Assembly (NCBI GenBank): GCA_016791265.1
Contig: JAEUMY010000001.1
Location: forward strand, 32,882-96,881
DNA: 64,000 bases
Reading direction: 5' to 3'
Source of the DNA: Betaproteobacteria bacterium
GTDB taxonomy: Bacteria; Pseudomonadota; Gammaproteobacteria; Burkholderiales; Usitatibacteraceae
Shown here: positions 57,986-64,000 of the stretch, piece by piece
Layout of the letters: each line of letters starts with the position of its first letter
Position numbering within the stretch: position 1 is the stretch's first letter
Translations under genes and position numbers: made by a program
The notes under the pieces: model-generated
Told to the model about the DNA's origin: nothing
The model's database searches: none
What the model saw: only the letters and a program-made list of their open reading frames with translations

Positions 57986-58528
57986 TCAGTCCGTTGCCAA
58001 AATGCGCACCAGATTGATGTGCGTCTGACCGCGCTTGGGTTGCACGTTCACCAGGCGGAAGTTGTTGGGTTTGCCGGCCTTGAAAACGTACTCGCCTTTC
58101 TTGCCGCGATCATCATTGCAGTCCAATGATGTCTTGTTGCCGGACTTGTCGCGCGGCGCCTTCTTCGGGCCGGGGTTGGGCGCGTCGACGCTGCAGTCGA
58201 TGATCTCGCCGTATTCGCCAAGCGCCTTGCGGTAGTAGGCGGCCGTCTTCTCGGCGGACTCATTCGTCATCAATTGCAGTGCTGCAATCTTGAAACCGAA
58301 CAGCCCTCCCCAGGCGGCGAAAGTGAGGCCGCTGCCTTCATCGCCGTCGTCCTTGCGGCGCACGGCACCGGGCATGATGGGGAGCCCGACGCTCTTGGCG
58401 CTGGCCTCGTTTTCAAGTACCAGTCCGGCGCTCAAAGACTTCTTCTCCTCGGCATGGCCAGGGGCGGCGCCCAGCAGCAGTCCGGTGGCGAGTGCGGTGA
58501 GCAGTACGGCGAGGTGGGTGCGGATCAT
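57986..58528 (-). CDS. exported hypothetical protein
   Basis: Signal peptide MIRTHLAVLLTALATGLLLGAAPGHA. The protein is Lys-rich, has 2 Cys, and I recognise no family. Confidence 0.55.
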   Translation of the reverse strand: MIRTHLAVLLTALATGLLLGAAPGHAEEKKSLSAGLVLENEASAKSVGLPIMPGAVRRKDDGDEGSGLTFAAWGGLFGFKIAALQLMTNESAEKTAAYYRKALGEYGEIIDCSVDAPNPGPKKAPRDKSGNKTSLDCNDDRGKKGEYVFKAGKPNNFRLVNVQPKRGQTHINLVRILATD

Positions 58529-58647
58529 GGGCCCTCCCGGGGCGGCGTTTGGAGTGCCAGGAGCGTAGCGCGAGCGCGCCGTGTCCGCGAGGGGGTGGGC
58601 GACGGATTGCAGAAAGCACGGCCCGGAATGCAGGGGGCGCGGCGACT

Positions 58648-58653
58648 TATAAT
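58648..58653 (+). promoter_or_regulatory. candidate -10 box TATAAT upstream of prlC
   Basis: Perfect TATAAT 29 nt before the ATG at 58682. There is no clear -35. Confidence 0.25.
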
Positions 58654-58681
58654 CACGGCCTCACTCCCCGCTGATGCCGCC

Positions 58682-60742
58682 ATGAATCCCTTGCTCGATT
58701 TTTCCGGTCTTCCCCGTTTCAATGCTGTTCGCGCCGAGCATGTGCAGCCGGCCGTCGAACAACTCATCATCGAAGGCCGTGCGGCCGTCGAGGCTGCGGT
58801 GGTGGAAACGACGCCGCCCACCTGGGACAATTTCGTGCGGCCGCTGGATGATGCCGGCGAGCGTTTGTCCCGCGCCTGGGGTCAGGTGTCGCATCTCAAC
58901 GCGGTGATGAATTCGCCCGAGCTGCGCGATGCGTACAACGCCATGCTGCCGGTGCTGACCCAGTACTACACCGAGCTGGGCCAGGACGAACGCCTCTATG
59001 CCAAGTACAAGGCGCTCCGCGCCTCCAGCGAATATTCGCAGTTGTCCGATGCGCAGAAGAAAACGCTGGAAAACGAGCTGCGTGATTTCCGCCTCTCCGG
59101 CGCGGAGTTGCCCGAGGCCGAGAAGGCCCGCTTCAAGGCCTTGCAGGAAGAGCTCTCCACGCTTTCATCGCGCTTCAATGACAACGTGCTGGATGCGACC
59201 AACGACTTCGCGCTGTACGTCGCTGACGCACACCATCTGGCTGGCCTGCCCGACGATGTGAAGCAGGTGGCCAAGGAGGCGGCGGAGAAGGACGGCAAGC
59301 CCGGCTGGAAGCTCACGCTGCACATGCCTTGCTACCTGCCGGTGATGCAGTACGCCGATCATCGGCCGCTGCGCGAGCAGCTCTATCGCGCCTATGTGAC
59401 CCGTGCGTCCGACCAGTCGCTGGCGGACAAAGCGAAGGACTGGGACAACACTGCGAATATTCGCAATCTGCTGAAGCTCCGCCAGGAGTCAGCCGAGCTG
59501 CTGGGCTTTGCCAATTTCGCCGAGCTGTCGCTCGCCACCAAAATGGCGCGCACGCCTGCGGAGGTGGTGGGCTTCCTGCGCGAGCTGGGGGCCAAGGCCA
59601 AACCCTATGCCGAGCGCGACATGCGGGAACTGACGGATTACGCCCGGCGCGAGCTCGGCATGCCCGATGTGCAGGCCTGGGACATTCCCTACGTGAGCGA
59701 GAAACTGCGTGTGGCCAAATATGCGTTCTCCGATCAAGAGGTGAAGCAGTACTTCCCCGAGCCGGTGGTGCTGGACGGCATGTTCCGCGTGGTGAAGTCC
59801 ATCTTCGGCATCGAGGTGCGTCCAGCCACGGCCGAGACCTGGCATGCTGATGTGCGCTTCTTCGACGTGCTGAACGAGGCGGGCGAGCGCATCGGCCAGT
59901 TCTTCCTTGATCTCTACGCCCGCGACAAGAAGCGCGGCGGTGCGTGGATGGATGATGTGATGGCTCGCCGTCGCGTGGGCAACGCCGTGCAGATTCCGGT
60001 GGCGTACCTCACCTGCAATTTCTCCGCACCGGTGGGTGGCAAGCCGGCACTGTTCACCCACGACGAAGTCATCACCCTGTTCCACGAGTTCGGCCACGGG
60101 CTGCATCACCTGCTGACCCAGGTCGATGAGCTGGCCGTGTCCGGCATCAGCGGCGTGGAATGGGATGCGGTCGAACTGCCCAGCCAGTTCATGGAGAACT
60201 TCTGCTGGGAGTGGGAGGTGCTGAAGCACATGACGAAACACGTCGATTCCGGTGAGTCGCTACCGCGCGCGCTGTTCGACAAGATGCTGGCCGCCAAGAA
60301 TTTCCAGAATGGCATGGGCTTCGTGCGGCAATTGGAGTTCGCGCTCTTCGACATGCGCCTGCATGCCGACTTTGACGTGTTGAATGGCGACATGCTGGCG
60401 CTGCTGGCCGATGTGCGCCGCGAGGTGGCGGTCATCAAGCCGCCCGAGTGGAATCGCTTCCCGCATCAGTTCGGACACATTTTCGGGGGTGGCTACGCAG
60501 CGGGCTACTACAGCTACAAGTGGGCGGAAGTGCTGTCCGCCGACGCCTACGCCGCGTTCGAGGAGCATCCCGGGGGCGTGCTGAACCGCGAGGTCGGCCG
60601 CAAGTTTCAGATGGAGGTGCTGGCAGCCGGCGGCGCGCGCCCGGCCATGGCGTCATTCAAGGCGTTTCGCGGGCGCGAGCCGTCCACCGCCGCGCTCATC
60701 AGGCACAATGGAATGGATGAACCGCTCGCCATGGCCGCCTGA
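58682..60742 (+). CDS. prlC: oligopeptidase A (M3 family zinc metallopeptidase)
   Basis: Start at MNPLLDFSGLPRF. The zinc motif HEFGHGLHH is present. The track ORF (58274) begins upstream inside the neighbouring gene. Confidence 0.9.
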   Translation: MNPLLDFSGLPRFNAVRAEHVQPAVEQLIIEGRAAVEAAVVETTPPTWDNFVRPLDDAGERLSRAWGQVSHLNAVMNSPELRDAYNAMLPVLTQYYTELGQDERLYAKYKALRASSEYSQLSDAQKKTLENELRDFRLSGAELPEAEKARFKALQEELSTLSSRFNDNVLDATNDFALYVADAHHLAGLPDDVKQVAKEAAEKDGKPGWKLTLHMPCYLPVMQYADHRPLREQLYRAYVTRASDQSLADKAKDWDNTANIRNLLKLRQESAELLGFANFAELSLATKMARTPAEVVGFLRELGAKAKPYAERDMRELTDYARRELGMPDVQAWDIPYVSEKLRVAKYAFSDQEVKQYFPEPVVLDGMFRVVKSIFGIEVRPATAETWHADVRFFDVLNEAGERIGQFFLDLYARDKKRGGAWMDDVMARRRVGNAVQIPVAYLTCNFSAPVGGKPALFTHDEVITLFHEFGHGLHHLLTQVDELAVSGISGVEWDAVELPSQFMENFCWEWEVLKHMTKHVDSGESLPRALFDKMLAAKNFQNGMGFVRQLEFALFDMRLHADFDVLNGDMLALLADVRREVAVIKPPEWNRFPHQFGHIFGGGYAAGYYSYKWAEVLSADAYAAFEEHPGGVLNREVGRKFQMEVLAAGGARPAMASFKAFRGREPSTAALIRHNGMDEPLAMAA
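59028..59039. repeat. GCGAATATTCGC palindrome, copy 22
   Basis: Inside prlC, read as E-Y-S (SSEYSQL). Confidence 0.95.
59453..59464. repeat. GCGAATATTCGC palindrome, copy 23
   Basis: Inside prlC, read as A-N-I-R (NTANIRNL). 14-bp form. Confidence 0.95.
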
Positions 60743-60791
60743 TCGGATGTGCTGAAGAGAAAGCGGCCCGAATTCACTGGAGGAGGTGATC

Positions 60792-61430
60792 ATGCGTCAC
60801 GCAATCAGGCTGGTCCTCGTGTTGTCGTTCGCCGTATTCGCGTTTCCTGTCGCCGCGCAAAGCGTGTACCGCTGGGTCGACAAGGATGGCAAGGTTCACT
60901 ATGGCGACTCGCCGCCGGCCGAAAACAAGACCGTGCAGCAGAAGAACCTGAAGGCCGGGCAGGGCGTCAACACCGACAACCTGCCGTTCGCTGTCCGAGA
61001 CGCGATGCAGCGAAACCCGGTGACAGCCTTTCTCACCAACTGCGGTCAGCCTTGCGATGGCGCGCGCAATCTGCTGACCAAGCGCGGCGTGCCTTACACG
61101 GTGAAGGACCCCGAAAACAATCCGAACGACGCCGATGCGTTGAAGGCGCTCGCAGGCGCCATCGAGGTGCCGTTCCTGCAAGTCGGCGACCGCTCGATCC
61201 GCGGGTTCACCGAGGAAAGCTGGAACAGCGCGATCGATGCCGGCGGCTATCCGCGCCTCAATCCGTTCACCAAGCCGCCGGAGCCGAAGAAGTCCGAAAT
61301 GCCGAAGGACCGGGAATTCGTCAAACCCGGAAAGGATGGCAAGACGCCTGAGAAGGCTGCGCCCGCCAAGTCGCCCAGCGATGCCAAGTCCGCGCCGAGT
61401 GACGCGAAGCCTGCCACGCCCGGCAAGTGA
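60792..61430 (+). CDS. DUF4124 plus glutaredoxin-like domain periplasmic protein
   Basis: Signal peptide, then VYRWVDKDGKVHYGDSPP (DUF4124), then a CGQPC thioredoxin-fold segment and a Lys/Pro-rich tail. Confidence 0.75.
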   Translation: MRHAIRLVLVLSFAVFAFPVAAQSVYRWVDKDGKVHYGDSPPAENKTVQQKNLKAGQGVNTDNLPFAVRDAMQRNPVTAFLTNCGQPCDGARNLLTKRGVPYTVKDPENNPNDADALKALAGAIEVPFLQVGDRSIRGFTEESWNSAIDAGGYPRLNPFTKPPEPKKSEMPKDREFVKPGKDGKTPEKAAPAKSPSDAKSAPSDAKPATPGK

Positions 61431-62194
61431 AGCTCGTCACCTGGAATGTCAACAGTCTCAACGTGCGCCTGCCGCACGTCGAGGACTGGTTGAAGGCGCA
61501 CCAACCGGAAGCCCTCTGTCTGCAGGAAATCAAGATGGAGGACGCCAGGTTTCCGCGCGAGGCCATCGAGTCGCTCGGCTATCACGTGGTGTTCGATGGT
61601 CAGAAGACGTACAACGGCGTCGCCATCATCGCCAAGTCGAGGCCGGAGGATGTCGCGCGTGGCATTGCGGGTTTTGCCGACGAGCAAAGGCGCGTCATCG
61701 CGGCGACCGTCAACGGTGTGCGCGTGGTGTGTGTTTATGTTCCCAACGGCCAGAGTCTTGATTCGGACAAGTATCAGTACAAGCTCGCCTGGCTGAAGGC
61801 GCTCACCGGCTGGCTGGGCGGTGAGTTGAAGCTTTATCCAGATCTCGCGCTTCTTGGCGACTACAACATCGCGCCGGAAGATCGCGATGTGCATGACCCC
61901 AAGGCGTGGGAGGGTCAGGTGCTGGTGAGTGAGCCTGAACGCGCGGCATTTCGCGGCTTGCAGGCGCTGGGGCTCGCCGACAGCTTTCGTCTCTTCGATC
62001 AACCGGAGAAGAGCTTCACGTGGTGGGATTACCGCATGAATGGCTTCAAGCGCAATCTTGGGCTTCGCATTGACCATGTGATGCTGTCCGCCTCCCTGGT
62101 GGCGCGGTGCCAGGCGTCGTCCATCGATATCGAGCCGCGCAAACTCGAACGCCCCTCGGATCACACCCCCGCCTTCGCCGTCGTCGCCGACTGA
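61427..62194 (+). CDS. xthA: exodeoxyribonuclease III
   Basis: GTG start. MKLVTWNVNSLNVR...CLQEIK...GDYNIAP...DHVM...SDHTP motifs. Confidence 0.95.
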   Translation: MKLVTWNVNSLNVRLPHVEDWLKAHQPEALCLQEIKMEDARFPREAIESLGYHVVFDGQKTYNGVAIIAKSRPEDVARGIAGFADEQRRVIAATVNGVRVVCVYVPNGQSLDSDKYQYKLAWLKALTGWLGGELKLYPDLALLGDYNIAPEDRDVHDPKAWEGQVLVSEPERAAFRGLQALGLADSFRLFDQPEKSFTWWDYRMNGFKRNLGLRIDHVMLSASLVARCQASSIDIEPRKLERPSDHTPAFAVVAD

Positions 62195-62204
62195 CCTGCT
62201 CGCC

Positions 62205-64000
62205 ATGCCCATCCAGCAGCGCGATCTTTTCTCGTCCACGTCCATCCGCGCCGCGGGCGGTTTCGGCAAGGTCGTGTCGGGCAGTGAGCGGCCGCTGCGC
62301 GATCTGGTGAAACGCGCCGCCGTGGCCACCGATGCCGATGTCGCGATGCTGTCTTTCATTGATGGCGACATCGAGTGGTGCAAGTGCTGCGAAGGTGCGG
62401 CGGTCGGCGAGTGGTCGCGCTCGGCCAGCTTGTGGGCGCCGCTGCGCGAGGGCATTGACGGTGAGAACACGCCCATCAATCCCGACGTGCGAGTCATGCC
62501 GGCGCTGGGCGATCTTTCGGGTTGGCGCAACCATCCGCTGCGTGCCGAAGCGCCCGAGCTCACCTCGGCTGCGATGGCCCCGGTCGTGGATGGCGATGGG
62601 CTGGTGGCGGGCATGCTCGCCGTGTTCAGCCTTGGCCCTCGCGAATATTCGCAACCGGAGCGGGAGGCGCTGGCCAATCTCGCGCGGCTGGTCTCCACGC
62701 GCCTGATGTTGCAACGTTCGTCAGCGGACGACACCAAGCCGCGCGCCCAGCCGCGAACGGACGCGCTGCTCCAACCCGCGCGCCAGCGCGCGCGTGCGGA
62801 GTCAGCGCCGCCGCCCGCGCCGATGGCGGCGGACGCGGAGCAGATCGATCAAGGCGCGCTGGCAAGCGAGCTCGCGCGGCTCAACCAGCAACTTGAAGGA
62901 GAGATGGCGAGTCGGCAGGATGCGCAGTCGCAGCTCGAGCGCGAGCGTTCGTTCTCGGATGCCGCCATCGCGGCGCTGCCGGGCGCGTTCTATATGTTCA
63001 ATCAGGCCGGTCGGATGCTCCGCTGGAACCGCAATTTCACTGACGCTTCAGGCTATTCCGATGCCGAGGTGACTGAAAAGAAGCCCGTCGACTTCGTCAT
63101 TCCGGAGGATCAGTCGCAAGTCGTCAAGGCCATTGCCCGCGTGTTCAGCGAGCGGCGCGAAGTGTCGATCGAGGCGCGTTTCCTCCACAAGTCGGGTGAA
63201 GTGGCGCCCTATCTTTTCACCGGGCGGCCGGCCGAGCTCAACGGCGAGACCGTGCTCATCGGCGTCGGTCGAGACATCAGCGACCGCAAACGCGCCGAGC
63301 AGCAGCTTTTGCAAACCAAGGAGCGCCTGCATCTAGCGCTCACCGGGTCCGGTCTCGCCATGTGGGACTGGGATCTCAGCACCAACACCGTCTACTTCAA
63401 CGAAGGCTGGGGATCGCTGCTCGGTGCGGCTGCGCGCGAAGCCGTCCATCGCGGCACCGAGGTTTTCGACTGGAACCACCCGGACGACAAGGAGATTTTC
63501 CGCAGCGCGCTGAATGCGGCCATGAAGGGCGACTCGGAGTTCTTCACCGCCGAGTACCGTGTGCAGAATGACCGGGGCGAGTGGGTCTGGATCCACACCC
63601 GCGGAAAGGTCACCGAACGAGATGACCAGGGACTCGCGACGCGCATGACCGGCGTGTCGGAAAACATCACCGAGCGCAAGGTTGCCGAGGAGCGCGCCGA
63701 GTTTCTCGCCACACGCGATCCGCTCACAGGCCTGCCCAACCGCATGCTGCTGAATGATCGGCTGGAGCAGGGCATCGCCGCCGCCGCGCGGTCGAAGAAG
63801 AAGCTTGCCTTCATGTTCATCGACCTGGATCGGTTCAAGTTCATCAACGACTCGCTGGGCCACCACATTGGCGACGAACTCTTGAAGCAGGTGGCGACGC
63901 GGCTGGCGTCCTGCGTCCGCGCCACCGACACCGTCGCCCGACTGGGCGGCGACGAGTTCGCGGTGATCCTCGCGGACTTGAAGGACGAGCAGGGCGTGAG
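62205..64000 (+). CDS. GAF-like / PAS / PAS / GGDEF signalling protein (partial, continues past window end)
   Basis: My own translation from the ATG at 62205 gives MPIQQRDLFSS.... Two PAS modules (...FYMFNQAGRMLRWN..., ...WDWDLSTNTVYFNEGW...) are followed by the GGDEF domain (DPLTGLPNR...RLGGDEF). There is no stop in the window, so it is absent from the ORF track. Confidence 0.85.
   Translation, partial: MPIQQRDLFSSTSIRAAGGFGKVVSGSERPLRDLVKRAAVATDADVAMLSFIDGDIEWCKCCEGAAVGEWSRSASLWAPLREGIDGENTPINPDVRVMPALGDLSGWRNHPLRAEAPELTSAAMAPVVDGDGLVAGMLAVFSLGPREYSQPEREALANLARLVSTRLMLQRSSADDTKPRAQPRTDALLQPARQRARAESAPPPAPMAADAEQIDQGALASELARLNQQLEGEMASRQDAQSQLERERSFSDAAIAALPGAFYMFNQAGRMLRWNRNFTDASGYSDAEVTEKKPVDFVIPEDQSQVVKAIARVFSERREVSIEARFLHKSGEVAPYLFTGRPAELNGETVLIGVGRDISDRKRAEQQLLQTKERLHLALTGSGLAMWDWDLSTNTVYFNEGWGSLLGAAAREAVHRGTEVFDWNHPDDKEIFRSALNAAMKGDSEFFTAEYRVQNDRGEWVWIHTRGKVTERDDQGLATRMTGVSENITERKVAEERAEFLATRDPLTGLPNRMLLNDRLEQGIAAAARSKKKLAFMFIDLDRFKFINDSLGHHIGDELLKQVATRLASCVRATDTVARLGGDEFAVILADLKDEQGV
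62641..62652. repeat. GCGAATATTCGC palindrome, copy 24
   Basis: Inside the N-terminal GAF-like region of the GGDEF gene, read as E-Y-S (GPREYSQP). Confidence 0.95.

Noticed and set aside
10195-62652. Palindrome copies as transcription terminators or stable hairpins
   Set aside because: A 12-bp palindrome with no spacer can form at best a 4-bp GCGA/TCGC stem around an ATAT loop. No T-tract follows, and most copies are inside CDSs.
10195-62652. Palindrome copies as termini of MITEs, IS elements or REP/BIME units
   Set aside because: No shared sequence extends beyond 1-2 flanking bases. There are no target-site duplications and no paired inverted copies at element-like distances. The reading frames and lengths of host proteins appear undisturbed.
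61247-62737. 496-aa minus-strand ORF
   Set aside because: It lies antisense to xthA and to the 5' part of the GGDEF gene, both of which have clear family motifs. The product is low-complexity.

Overview
High-GC chromosomal segment (by eye about 65% G+C, not computed). Gene content and order look betaproteobacterial: accB-accC-prmA, hemCDXY, gshA-gshB, algH-ruvX-pyrR-pyrB-pyrC', olsB-olsA. I call about 64 protein genes, one tRNA-Arg(CCG), several Rho-independent terminators and a few candidate operator sites. Most genes are ordinary housekeeping genes. Many long ORFs in the supplied track are antisense shadows of real genes, which is typical of high-GC DNA, and I rejected them. The outstanding feature is not a gene. 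The 12-bp perfect palindrome GCGAATATTCGC occurs 24 times with no mismatch between 10.2 and 62.7 kb, about one copy per 2.2 kb. From base composition I would expect roughly 0.002 copies. Eighteen copies lie inside conserved CDSs in all three reading frames, where they read as the peptides A-N-I-R, E-Y-S or R-I-F-A. Six are intergenic, and three of those are within 20 nt of a start codon; a fourth copy overlaps a start codon. The sequence beyond 1-2 flanking bases is unrelated between copies, so this is not a MITE, REP or IS element. It behaves like a HIP1-type highly iterated palindrome or a DNA-uptake-sequence-like genomic word, and I do not know of a prior description of this word. The first 10 kb has no copy. 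That stretch includes a tRNA-flanked block carrying two paralogous Ig-like lipoproteins plus WecA/WbpM-type polysaccharide genes. Secondary observations are a ~115-aa WW..GWG module shared by two secreted proteins, a CCGAAT repeat cluster upstream of a two-component system, an ATAC-N7-GTAT LysR box, and a palindromic gltB leader.
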